From: Flavobacteriaceae bacterium
GTDB lineage: Bacteria > Bacteroidota > Bacteroidia > Flavobacteriales > Flavobacteriaceae
Reading direction: 5' to 3'
Length of the DNA: 45,317 nt
Assembly: GCA_013042715.1 (NCBI GenBank)
Contig: JABDPN010000169.1
Coordinates: forward strand, 1 to 45,317
The position numbers and the translations under genes were made by a program. This document shows positions 18,851 to 27,648 of this stretch, one piece after another (the first letter of the stretch is position 1; each line of letters begins with the position of its first letter). The notes beneath the pieces are model-generated. The model saw nothing but the letters and a program-made list of their open reading frames with translations, ran no database searches and had not been told where the DNA came from.

Positions 18851-18906
18851 AAGATACTCTTTTAGCGGAAACATCTCAAGTATGAGATGTAATAAATTAG
18901 TATCTT
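18851..18906. repeat. Nested inverted repeat in the asparaginase/ALDH divergent intergenic region
   Basis: Outer arms aagatact (18851-18858) and agtatctt (18899-18906). Inner perfect hairpin acatctca-agta-tgagatgt (18871-18890). Confidence 0.6.
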
Positions 18907-18913
18907 CGCAGAA

Positions 18914-18921
18914 CAAATTTA
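18914..18921 (-). promoter_or_regulatory. Candidate -7 box (TAaaTTTG on minus strand) for the asparaginase gene
   Basis: Plus-strand caaattta. It would give a leader of about 85-90 nt containing the nested inverted repeat. Confidence 0.35.
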
Positions 18922-18943
18922 CACACTCAAAAACAACAAAATT

Positions 18944-20497
18944 ATGAAAGCAGTAGCCACTGATTTTGGAATAGATAAAGCATTAAGTGCATTAGGCGTA
19001 AAAGATATTAACGAAGGCACTTCAACAGGTTCTAATTGGTTTTCTAATGGAGATTTAATAGAATCTTTTTCTCCAGTAGATGGACAATTAATAGGTAAAG
19101 TAAAAACCACTACCAAGGAAGATTATAAAAAGGTGATGGAAGCAGCAACTTTGGCATTTAAAACATGGCGAACAATGCCAGCTCCTCAACGTGGTGAAAT
19201 AGTTAGACAGTTTGGAGATAAACTACGTGAACTAAAAGAACCGCTTGGTAAACTTGTGTCTTATGAAATGGGAAAATCTTATCAAGAAGGTCTTGGGGAA
19301 GTTCAGGAAATGATTGATATATGCGATTTTGCAGTTGGGCTATCTCGTCAGCTACATGGTTTGACTATGCATAGCGAACGCCCTGGACATAGAATGTATG
19401 AGCAATATCATCCACTTGGAGTAGTAGGCATAATTTCAGCATTTAATTTCCCTGTAGCTGTATGGTCATGGAACACGGCATTAGCTTGGATTTGTGGTGA
19501 TGTTTGTGTTTGGAAACCAAGTGAAAAAACACCACTTTGCGGAATTGCTTGTCAGAATATTGCAGCTGAAGTTTTTAAAGCAAATGGTTTACCAGAAGGA
19601 ATCTCATGTTTAATAAATGGCGATTATCGCGTTGGAGAATTTATGACAAAAGACTATAGAATTCCTTTAATATCAGCTACAGGCTCTACTAGAATGGGAA
19701 AAATTGTTGCTCAAGAAGTAGCTGGACGTTTAGGCAAATCTCTACTTGAACTAGGAGGAAATAATGCTATTATTGTAACACCAGATTCTGATATTAAAAT
19801 GACAGTAATTGGTGCTGTATTTGGCGCTGTTGGGACAGCTGGACAACGCTGTACGTCTACTAGAAGGTTAATAATACACGAATCCATTTACAACAAAGTA
19901 AAAACAGCTGTAGCTGATGCTTACAAGCAACTAAAAATTGGTAATCCACTTGATGAAAACAATCATGTTGGACCATTAATCGATAAAGATGCTGTTAGAA
20001 TGTATAACGAAGCACTTGAAAAAGTTGTTAAAGAAGGAGGAAACATTGTTGTTGAAGGAGGTGTTCTAGATGGTGAAGGTTTCGAAAGCGGTTGTTATGT
20101 TAAACCTGCAATAGCAGAAGCAGATAATACTTTTGAAATAGTTCAACACGAAACATTTGCACCTGTTTTATATTTATTAAAATATACTGGTGATATTGAA
20201 AATGCTATAGATATCCAAAATGGAGTAGCTCAAGGATTATCATCAGCAATTATGACTAATAATTTAAGAGAAGCCGAAGCATTCTTGTCGTGTGCAGGTA
20301 GTGATTGTGGAATTGCAAATGTAAATATAGGTACTTCTGGAGCAGAAATTGGAGGAGCTTTTGGTGGCGAAAAAGAAACTGGAGGAGGTCGCGAATCTGG
20401 TTCTGATGCATGGAAGATTTATATGAGACGCCAAACGAATACCATTAACTATACAACAGATCTTCCTCTTGCCCAAGGTATAAAGTTTGATTTGTAG
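18944..20497 (+). CDS. Aldehyde dehydrogenase, ALDH7 (aminoadipate-semialdehyde / piperideine-6-carboxylate dehydrogenase)-like
   Basis: 517 aa. Catalytic Glu LELGGNNA and Cys GTAGQRCTSTRRL, plus WKPSEKTPL. The long N-terminal extension and overall pattern resemble antiquitin-type enzymes. Confidence 0.85.
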   Translation: MKAVATDFGIDKALSALGVKDINEGTSTGSNWFSNGDLIESFSPVDGQLIGKVKTTTKEDYKKVMEAATLAFKTWRTMPAPQRGEIVRQFGDKLRELKEPLGKLVSYEMGKSYQEGLGEVQEMIDICDFAVGLSRQLHGLTMHSERPGHRMYEQYHPLGVVGIISAFNFPVAVWSWNTALAWICGDVCVWKPSEKTPLCGIACQNIAAEVFKANGLPEGISCLINGDYRVGEFMTKDYRIPLISATGSTRMGKIVAQEVAGRLGKSLLELGGNNAIIVTPDSDIKMTVIGAVFGAVGTAGQRCTSTRRLIIHESIYNKVKTAVADAYKQLKIGNPLDENNHVGPLIDKDAVRMYNEALEKVVKEGGNIVVEGGVLDGEGFESGCYVKPAIAEADNTFEIVQHETFAPVLYLLKYTGDIENAIDIQNGVAQGLSSAIMTNNLREAEAFLSCAGSDCGIANVNIGTSGAEIGGAFGGEKETGGGRESGSDAWKIYMRRQTNTINYTTDLPLAQGIKFDL

Positions 20498-20521
20498 ATA
20501 ATATTGAAATAATATTGAATT

Positions 20522-20555
20522 AAAAACCGTTTCGAAAAGAAACGGTTTCTTTATT
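20522..20555 (+). terminator. Rho-independent terminator after the ALDH gene
   Basis: aaaccgtttc (20524-20533), loop gaaaa, gaaacggttt (20539-20548), then a T-rich tail. Confidence 0.75.
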
Positions 20556-20648
20556 ATACATATTCAGACAATTTTTTAAATTCATTTTGGTCTTGTTTTT
20601 GTAGATTTATTTTAAACCTTATATAAAGTACAACGTCTAAGCATTATA

Positions 20649-22028
20649 ATGACAAATAAAGAAATACATCATTTATATTGGAGAGCAGGATTTGGGATTT
20701 TACCAAATCAATTAAAAAAGGCTACTAAAAAAACTAGAACAGCTTTAGTTAAAGAACTTTTCGATGGTTCTAAAAACTTTACTCCTTTAATAGTTGACAT
20801 GTCGTTAATCAAACAAAAAACAAAAGCTGCTTTTAAGAAAAAGGCCCCAAAAGTTAATGATGAAATTCAAAAAATGAATAGAGCATTAATACGAGATTTT
20901 AATACTGCTTGGATTAATAGGATATTAAACTCATCAGAATTATTGCGTGAACGAATGACATTATTTTGGGCAAATCATTTTGTGGTTAGAGATAACCGAA
21001 TAGATTTTGTTCAAGAATACAATAATGCCTTAAGAAAACATGCTCTTGGAAATTTTGGTGAATTTGTAAAAGCCATATCTAAACAAGCGGCAATGTTAAA
21101 ATACCTTAACAATAAACAAAACAGAAAACAGAGCCCTAACGAGAATTTTGCTCGTGAACTTATGGAACTGTTCACACTGGGTAAAGGACATTACACAGAG
21201 CAAGACATTAAAGAAAGTGCTAGAGCTTTTACAGGATATTTTCACAATTTAAAGGGTGAATTTGTAATAAGAAACAAACAACACGACGATTCACCAAAGA
21301 CCTTTTTTGGTAAAAAAGGAAATTTTGATGGTGACGATATTATTGATATCATACTCCAAGAAAAGCAATGTGCTCGTTTTATTTCCGAAAAAATTTATCG
21401 CTATTTTGTTAATGATAAAATTAATGAAGAGTATATAGAGGAAATGACCAATGTGTTTTTTGATAATTATGATATTGAAAAATTAATGCACCATGTTTTT
21501 TCTTCAAATTGGTTTTATAATAATGAAAATATTGGCACAAAAATAAAATCACCAATAGACTTATTGGTTGGCATGCAAACTATTGTTCCAATGACTTTTG
21601 GAAAGAAAAAAGCGCTTCAATATTATCAAAAAAGTTTAGGACAAATCTTATTGTTTCCTCCAAATGTAGCAGGATGGAAAGGTGGAAAAAGCTGGATAGA
21701 TAGCAATACAATTGTCTTGCGTTTGCGTTTCGCTTCAATATTTTTAAACAAAACTCATATTCCAGTAAAACGTAAAGGCGATTTTGGTGATCCACTTTCT
21801 CGATTTATTGGTCTCTCTGGAGAAAAACTTAATTTATTTAAAGTAAAAGCAAACTGGAATACTTTTGAAAGTAATTTTAAAAAAGTAGAGACTAAAAACT
21901 TGTCAGAATACATAATTGTACCAGAGCTTAATCCTGGAACAAAAAACTATCTAGAAATGTTGAGTAAATCGTCTAAAGAAGATTATTGTATTCAACTGAT
22001 GTCTATACCAGAATATCAAATGTGTTAA
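20649..22028 (+). CDS. DUF1800 domain-containing protein
   Basis: 459 aa. HLYWRAGFG start, WANHFVV, RELMELFTLG, and a PNVAGWKGG-type C-terminal motif characteristic of DUF1800. Followed 1 nt later by a DUF1501 gene, the usual partner. Confidence 0.75.
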   Translation: MTNKEIHHLYWRAGFGILPNQLKKATKKTRTALVKELFDGSKNFTPLIVDMSLIKQKTKAAFKKKAPKVNDEIQKMNRALIRDFNTAWINRILNSSELLRERMTLFWANHFVVRDNRIDFVQEYNNALRKHALGNFGEFVKAISKQAAMLKYLNNKQNRKQSPNENFARELMELFTLGKGHYTEQDIKESARAFTGYFHNLKGEFVIRNKQHDDSPKTFFGKKGNFDGDDIIDIILQEKQCARFISEKIYRYFVNDKINEEYIEEMTNVFFDNYDIEKLMHHVFSSNWFYNNENIGTKIKSPIDLLVGMQTIVPMTFGKKKALQYYQKSLGQILLFPPNVAGWKGGKSWIDSNTIVLRLRFASIFLNKTHIPVKRKGDFGDPLSRFIGLSGEKLNLFKVKANWNTFESNFKKVETKNLSEYIIVPELNPGTKNYLEMLSKSSKEDYCIQLMSIPEYQMC

Positions 22029-22029
22029 T

Positions 22030-23220
22030 ATGAAGCGAAGAGATTTTATTAAAAATACCAGTTTAGCAAGTAGTCTTTTTCTAGTACCAAGTTTTGTAAA
22101 AGCATTTGATGATGCCTTAGCAACACAATATGGACATAAACGACTAGTTATTATACAACTAGCAGGAGGAAACGATGGTTTAAACACATTTATACCATTT
22201 AGAAATGATATTTATCACAAAAGCAGACCTAACCTTGCTATTGCGAAAAATGTAGTTTTAAAACTTAATGACGATTATGGTTTACACAAAAGTCTAGAGC
22301 CTTTAAAGCATCTGTATGACAACGGCTTTTTAAGCATCATTAATAACGTAGGTTATCCTAATCCAGATCGTTCGCATTTTCGTTCTACAGATATTTGGCA
22401 AACCGCAAGTGCCTCAAATGAGTTTTTACAATCAGGATGGATTGGACGTTATTTAGATATCAATAAAAAAGAACCTTTTGCAGCTATAGAAGTTGATGAT
22501 TCCTTGTCACAAATGATGAAAGGTGATACTATTAATGGTATAGCTACTACAGATGCAAATAGATTTTATAAGAGCATTAAAGCACCATTTTTTAAACAAT
22601 TGCTGAGACACCAAAACGATACGCATTTAAGTGAGCATAATTTAGGCTATTTATACCAAACGTTGATTTCGGCTGAATCTTCTGCTAAATATATTTTTGA
22701 AACCACTCAAACCTACTCTTCTTCTAAAGAATATCCTAATAATGTCTTTGGAGAACAGTTAAAAACAATGGCACAATTTATTAATTCAGGACTAAGTACA
22801 AGTGTGTACTTTACTTCCTTAGGAGGTTTTGACACTCATGCTAATCAAGCTAACACACAAAGTAGATTATTGGGACTGTATGCAGAAGGTATTTCGAGCT
22901 TTGTTAGTGATTTACATAAGCATGATACATTTAAGGATACATTGATTTTAACATTTTCGGAGTTTGGTCGTCGTGTTGCACAAAATGCAGCTAATGGTAC
23001 CGATCATGGAACTGCTAATAATGTGTTTGTAATAGGTAAAAACCTGAAAACACCTGGAATTTACAACAACTTAGCTAGTTTAAGTGACTTAGATGAAAAT
23101 GGCGATTTAAAGTTTGAAATTGATTTTAGAAACCTTTATGCTACAGTTTTAAACAAATGGTTGCAAGTTGATGCGAAGCAGATCTTAAATGCAGATTTTA
23201 AAGGAGTAGAAATCATCTAG
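22030..23220 (+). CDS. DUF1501 domain-containing protein (Tat-exported, sulfatase/alkaline-phosphatase-like fold)
   Basis: 396 aa. Twin-arginine leader MKRRDFIKNTSLASSLFLVPSFVKA. Motifs seen: QLAGGNDGLN, GGFDTHANQ, FSEFGRR...GTDHGTAN. Confidence 0.8.
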   Translation: MKRRDFIKNTSLASSLFLVPSFVKAFDDALATQYGHKRLVIIQLAGGNDGLNTFIPFRNDIYHKSRPNLAIAKNVVLKLNDDYGLHKSLEPLKHLYDNGFLSIINNVGYPNPDRSHFRSTDIWQTASASNEFLQSGWIGRYLDINKKEPFAAIEVDDSLSQMMKGDTINGIATTDANRFYKSIKAPFFKQLLRHQNDTHLSEHNLGYLYQTLISAESSAKYIFETTQTYSSSKEYPNNVFGEQLKTMAQFINSGLSTSVYFTSLGGFDTHANQANTQSRLLGLYAEGISSFVSDLHKHDTFKDTLILTFSEFGRRVAQNAANGTDHGTANNVFVIGKNLKTPGIYNNLASLSDLDENGDLKFEIDFRNLYATVLNKWLQVDAKQILNADFKGVEII

Positions 23221-24350
23221 CTATACTTCACTTTTCTTAGAATTCTATTGGCTTCTTTGTAAAGATTAAAAACCTCATTACTATAGTTTTGTAGCAAAGG
23301 TTTAGCTTCATTGAGTTTTACTAAAGCATCTTGAAAATTATTAAAATAGCAGATTAAATAAGTGACAGGTAGATTTTTTAAATCTTGTTCTTCATTTTTG
23401 TTTAGAGAAAAACCTTTTTTAAGTTTTTCTAAAATGGCATTATTGGAATTGAAGATATGATACAACACCTTTTTGTTATATTGTGGAGGATCAAACAACA
23501 ATTTTGAATTCATAGTGTAATGTGCATTTTCATTAAAATCTATAAGTGTTTCTTCAAGTTTTAAATATTTGTCACTGCCTTGTAACCCAAGATTAACATA
23601 CTCAACAATTTTAAACGTATCATCGTTAAATTCTATAGAGACTTCATCTAAAGTAGAATAGAACAGTCGTACTTGCTCATTTACCATTTCAATATCAACT
23701 CTAGAATAAAAGGCTTTATCCTTCACTTCTTTCTTTTGTCCAGCCCAACACAACACAAAATATTCCTTGAAAACTTTGTATCTGGGATCGTAATCTTGTC
23801 TTTTATTTAAAAAAGCAAAAACACTATCTAGTGTGTGTTCAATATTGTTTTGAGCATGATTTTCAATTTCTGAAACAATTGTAGAGTTAACATCTTTAAG
23901 TTCTATATCAAAAACTTTAGGCATGCTCATACTACCTTCTCTCATAAACACTGAACCTCCAAAATATTTCCATATATTTTTTCTTAGCGATGTAATTTCA
24001 TTTATAGGCCTAATTGTTACCAAACCAATAACTTTATCGTCAGGCAAATGAGGAAAAGGTACATTCTCGTACTGGATAATTGGGGGATTAGCTAAGTAAG
24101 CATTTATAAGGTTTTGTATTTTGCTGTCATCAAAAAAGTCGACACCAATAATGTTATTGTCTTCATCTTCAACACCAATTACGATGTACGAATTGTTTTT
24201 AGGATTACTATTGCTTAATGCGCAAATATGCTTTAAAAACTTAGCTTTTCCTTCTTTGTGTGAGATATCTATTTTTCGCTTTTTATCATAAAAACTATTC
24301 TCATCGTTGTGAGCCAAAAGGTTTTTTATGAGTAAGCGTTTGTTAATCAT
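23217..24350 (-). CDS. AlbA_2 / Schlafen-like (divergent AAA) domain protein with an unrecognised C-terminal about 230 aa
   Basis: 377 aa. The N-terminus ENSFYDKKRKID...AKFLKHICALSNSNPKNNSYIVIGVEDEDNNIIGVDF...VFMREGSMS matches the AlbA_2 pattern (E..EFK ... ICAfaN..GG.l.iGV.D.G.i.G ... R.GS.t). The ATG abuts the SDR stop codon. Confidence 0.6.
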   Translation of the reverse strand: MINKRLLIKNLLAHNDENSFYDKKRKIDISHKEGKAKFLKHICALSNSNPKNNSYIVIGVEDEDNNIIGVDFFDDSKIQNLINAYLANPPIIQYENVPFPHLPDDKVIGLVTIRPINEITSLRKNIWKYFGGSVFMREGSMSMPKVFDIELKDVNSTIVSEIENHAQNNIEHTLDSVFAFLNKRQDYDPRYKVFKEYFVLCWAGQKKEVKDKAFYSRVDIEMVNEQVRLFYSTLDEVSIEFNDDTFKIVEYVNLGLQGSDKYLKLEETLIDFNENAHYTMNSKLLFDPPQYNKKVLYHIFNSNNAILEKLKKGFSLNKNEEQDLKNLPVTYLICYFNNFQDALVKLNEAKPLLQNYSNEVFNLYKEANRILRKVKYS

Positions 24351-25103
24351 TTAAAATTCTTTTTTAACTGTTGTGCTATTAGCTTGTGCCGTTGGAAACA
24401 CTAGTAAATCTGCTATGTTCACATGTTTGGGTCTTGATATTACAAAGTATATTATTTCTGCAATGTCTTCAGCTTGAAGCGCTTTATAACCTTTATAAAC
24501 AGAACCTGCAATCTCCTCTCCTTTGAATCGCACTTTAGAAAATTCAGTTTCAACTAATCCTGGATTAATAGCTGTGACTTTTATACCAAAAGGGTTTAGA
24601 TCTATTCGCATACCATCTGTAATTGCTATAACTGCATGTTTACTAGCGCAATAGACATTGCCTTTTGGATAGACTTCTTTTCCAGCAGAAGAACCAATGT
24701 TAATGATATGTCCCGATTCTCTTTTGGTCATTTTAGGTATAATGGCTTTACTTACGTATAGCAAGCCTTTTACGTTAATATCCATCATGGCGTCCCAATC
24801 TTCTATACTTCCATTTTGAATTGGATCTAATCCATGTGCATTACCTGCATTATTTATAAGAATATCAATTTGTTTAAATTCTTCAGGAAGGGAATTAATA
24901 GCATCAAAAACATCTTTTTTATTTCTAACATCAAAATTAAGAGTATGCACGTCAGTTTCTCTTTCTAATTGTTTTTTTACAGAATTAAGACGATTTTGTC
25001 GTCTTCCGCATAGAATTACTTTTATTCCATGTTTTGCGAATTCTTTTGCTGTAGCTCTTCCTATTCCACTAGTTGCTCCTGTTATTAATGCTGTTTTTTT
25101 CAT
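24351..25103 (-). CDS. SDR-family NAD(P)-dependent oxidoreductase (YdfG/serine 3-dehydrogenase-like)
   Basis: 250 aa. Motifs seen: TGATSGIGRA, NNAG, catalytic YCASKHA. Confidence 0.88.
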   Translation of the reverse strand: MKKTALITGATSGIGRATAKEFAKHGIKVILCGRRQNRLNSVKKQLERETDVHTLNFDVRNKKDVFDAINSLPEEFKQIDILINNAGNAHGLDPIQNGSIEDWDAMMDINVKGLLYVSKAIIPKMTKRESGHIINIGSSAGKEVYPKGNVYCASKHAVIAITDGMRIDLNPFGIKVTAINPGLVETEFSKVRFKGEEIAGSVYKGYKALQAEDIAEIIYFVISRPKHVNIADLLVFPTAQANSTTVKKEF

Positions 25104-25109
25104 GATTTT

Positions 25110-25988
25110 TTACGGAACTTTATGACCTTGGCTAGCTTCTAAAATTAAAAACCAGTCTTCAAGATCTAGTTTTATATCAGATGCTTTTATTGCGTTGGAA
25201 ATTCTCTTTTTATCTGTAGTGCCTATAACTGGGATGATATTAGAAGGATGCCTCATTATCCAAGCTAAAAGAAGTTGGTCCTCTGTAGCATCATATTTAT
25301 CGATAAGTTTTCCTAATTGCTTGTGAATTCTTCGTGTTTGTTCTGTGTCCTCCTTAAAAACACAACCTAAAGGTGACCAGGACATAGGTGTAATATTTTT
25401 TATCATTGCTTGATCTAGTGTTCCGTCATACATAGCTTTGTTTTGGGTTAGTGAAAACTCTATCTGATTTATGGTAACAGGCACCTCAGAAGCAATTAAT
25501 TCAATTTGAGAAGGTGTAAAATTAGATACTCCAAAATCCATAATTTTTCCTTCTTGAGCAAGTTTTGCAATAGCTTCCATAATCTCATCAGGTTCCATTA
25601 ATGGACTTGGTCTATGTAAAAGTAGTGCGTCTAAGTATTCTGTTTTGAGATTTTTTAGAGATTCTTCAATAGACCAAATAATATAATCTTTGGTATAGTT
25701 ATAATGTTTTACTTTATTAGGTCTATTATCTACTAAATATTGGATTCCGCATTTGGATATTAGTTTTACAGATTCTCGTTTAATTTTGCTTTTAGCAAAG
25801 GCATTTCCAAACAAAGATTCAGTTGTGTAACCTCCATAAATATCTGCGTGATCAAATGTATTAATACCATTTTCAATACAATGATTCATTAAAGAAATCA
25901 TGTTTTCGGTATTTAAGTCTTTTCCCCATTTTCCCCATGCCATGGTTCCGGAAATAATTCTTGAGTAGTTCATCGGTGATTTTTTCAT
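25110..25988 (-). CDS. Aldo/keto reductase (YdhF-like)
   Basis: 292 aa. Motifs seen: FDHADIYG, LLHRP, GVSNF and a C-terminal IPVIGT-type motif. Confidence 0.85.
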   Translation of the reverse strand: MKKSPMNYSRIISGTMAWGKWGKDLNTENMISLMNHCIENGINTFDHADIYGGYTTESLFGNAFAKSKIKRESVKLISKCGIQYLVDNRPNKVKHYNYTKDYIIWSIEESLKNLKTEYLDALLLHRPSPLMEPDEIMEAIAKLAQEGKIMDFGVSNFTPSQIELIASEVPVTINQIEFSLTQNKAMYDGTLDQAMIKNITPMSWSPLGCVFKEDTEQTRRIHKQLGKLIDKYDATEDQLLLAWIMRHPSNIIPVIGTTDKKRISNAIKASDIKLDLEDWFLILEASQGHKVP

Positions 25989-26073
25989 TTTTTTGTCAAT
26001 AATCTAGATTTTGGGCAATTCATGTATAAAAATACTTATTCAGATGGTAATATTGTAAATTGTTTGGCAATAA

Positions 26074-26634
26074 ATGCTTAGTTTTCTGAATATGAGACAA
26101 TTAAAAATCCTATTTTTTTCCTTTTTAATTATTACAGGCCTTCAAGGTTGTTCTAAAGAAAGTTTAAATGAACCTGTTTTAAATACTACAGTTTCTGTTA
26201 AACTAAATGGAACTCAATCTCAATACGACGAAGTTTGGATTGAAATAACAGATGTTTTATTAAAAGTTATAGACAATGAAAACGCTCCAAACTGCTGGTT
26301 GAGTTTAAAAACATCAGATAACCATATTTACAATTATATTGATATTACAAAAACATTTAATTTAGACCTCGTCAATGAGGTTAATATTCCTTCAGGAATG
26401 ATTTATGAAATCAAACTTGTATTTGGTGATAACAATAGATTAATTTATAATGGCAAGCCCATTAATTTAAATACTAATTCTGTTTATCAATCTTCTTCAG
26501 GTGTTAGAATAGATGAAAATCTAGAATCAAATGAACAATATATATTTAATTTGGAGTTCGAAACTAATAATTCAATCTTAGAAACACCAAATGAAAATTA
26601 TTATATATTACAGCCTATATTGTCTTTACTATAA
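26074..26634 (+). CDS. DUF4382-like lipoprotein (short paralog)
   Basis: 186 aa. Lipobox LQGC; the true start is more likely the ATG at 26092 (MRQLKILFF..). VSVKLNG....YDEVWIEITDVLLKV and IPSGMIYEIKLVFGDNN parallel the next ORF. Confidence 0.65.
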   Translation: MLSFLNMRQLKILFFSFLIITGLQGCSKESLNEPVLNTTVSVKLNGTQSQYDEVWIEITDVLLKVIDNENAPNCWLSLKTSDNHIYNYIDITKTFNLDLVNEVNIPSGMIYEIKLVFGDNNRLIYNGKPINLNTNSVYQSSSGVRIDENLESNEQYIFNLEFETNNSILETPNENYYILQPILSLL

Positions 26635-26690
26635 CATCTAAAATTTAAGTAAATACGTAAATAGTTATATATTTTAAAACCAAAAAAAAC

Positions 26691-27503
26691 ATGAAACTAT
26701 TAAAACAATTTAAAATTGTAGCAATTACTTTTTTGATTCTTTTATCATTTGCGTGTAATAATGATTCGACAAATAATGAAAACTCAAGAATATCTGTTAA
26801 GTTAATGGATGATCCTGGAGATTACGACAATGTTTTTATTGAAGTTATTGATGTTATGGTTAAAATGGACGAAGAGAGTGAAGAAGAAAGTGAAGAAGAA
26901 AGTAGCTGGCAAAGTCTTGAAGCAATTAATACTGGTGTTTACGATCTTTTAGATCTCACAGGTGGTATTAATGTTTTACTTGTAGACGATTTTCAAATTC
27001 CTTCAGGAGAACTAAATCAACTTAGATTGGTTTTAGGAGAAAACAACACTATTGTTATAGATGGTGAAACTTTTGATTTAAAAACACCAAGTGCTCAACA
27101 AAGTGGTTTAAAAATTAATGTTAACCAAACATTAGAACCTAACATTAGCTATACGTTTTTGCTTGATTTCATGGTTGATGAATCAATAGTTATGGCTGGT
27201 AATTCCGATAATATTATTTTAAAACCTGTTATAAGAGCAACTGCAGAAGCTAATACTGGAGCAATTGCTGGTCAGGTATTACCAACAGGAGCTGTAATAG
27301 AGGCATCTTTAAATACTGGATCTGAAATAATTTCTTCTTATGCAGACGAAAATGGCTATTTTGTTTTATTGGGATTAGACGCTGGAATATATGATGTTAT
27401 TTTAACTCCAGACATGGAATCAGGATTGCCAACAGTAACTATAGAGAATGTTGAGGTAACAATTGGTAACACAACAACTATAGACGCTGTAACTTTAGAA
27501 TAG
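26691..27503 (+). CDS. DUF4382-like lipoprotein with C-terminal carboxypeptidase-regulatory-like (CarboxypepD_reg) domain
   Basis: 270 aa. Lipobox SFAC. Motifs seen: ISVKLMDDPGDYDNVFIEVIDVMVKM, IPSGELNQLRLVLGENN. The C-terminal GAIAGQVLP...ADENGYFVLLGLDAGIYDVILTP is a CarboxypepD_reg pattern. Confidence 0.7.
   Translation: MKLLKQFKIVAITFLILLSFACNNDSTNNENSRISVKLMDDPGDYDNVFIEVIDVMVKMDEESEEESEEESSWQSLEAINTGVYDLLDLTGGINVLLVDDFQIPSGELNQLRLVLGENNTIVIDGETFDLKTPSAQQSGLKINVNQTLEPNISYTFLLDFMVDESIVMAGNSDNIILKPVIRATAEANTGAIAGQVLPTGAVIEASLNTGSEIISSYADENGYFVLLGLDAGIYDVILTPDMESGLPTVTIENVEVTIGNTTTIDAVTLE
26871..26903 (+). repeat. In-frame acidic tandem repeat (EES-EEES-EEES)
   Basis: gaagagagt followed by two exact copies of gaagaagaaagt (26880-26903), inside the second DUF4382 ORF. 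Confidence 0.8.
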
Positions 27504-27525
27504 AATTAAGAAAAATATATGTGTT

Positions 27526-27555
27526 AAAGCATTGCCATTGGCAATGCTTTTTTTT
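27526..27555 (+). terminator. Rho-independent terminator after the DUF4382 pair
   Basis: aaagcattgcc (27526-27536), loop att, ggcaatgcttt (27540-27550), then ttttt. Confidence 0.8.
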
Positions 27556-27589
27556 AACCAATTATTAACATCATTACATCAATAATTTT

Positions 27590-27605
27590 AACAATTTGCA
27601 TTGTT
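27590..27605. promoter_or_regulatory. 16-bp palindrome upstream of the MoxR/Bat operon (possible operator)
   Basis: aacaat-ttgc-attgtt, 44 nt upstream of the ATG at 27649. Function not established. Confidence 0.25.
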
Positions 27606-27648
27606 CAAAAGTTAAGTACTAAAAACACATCAATAAAATCTAATAAAG

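Noticed and set aside
1257-21795. Numerous 60-85-aa nested ORFs from the track (e.g. 1257-1448, 3508-3699, 8888-9145, 9510-9707, 11607-11801, 12975-13205, 13901-14092, 15039-15233, 16680-16910, 18466-18699, 18919-19116, 20264-20476, 21580-21795)
   Set aside because: All lie inside or antisense to longer ORFs with recognisable family motifs. None has its own promoter-like box or conserved-looking sequence.
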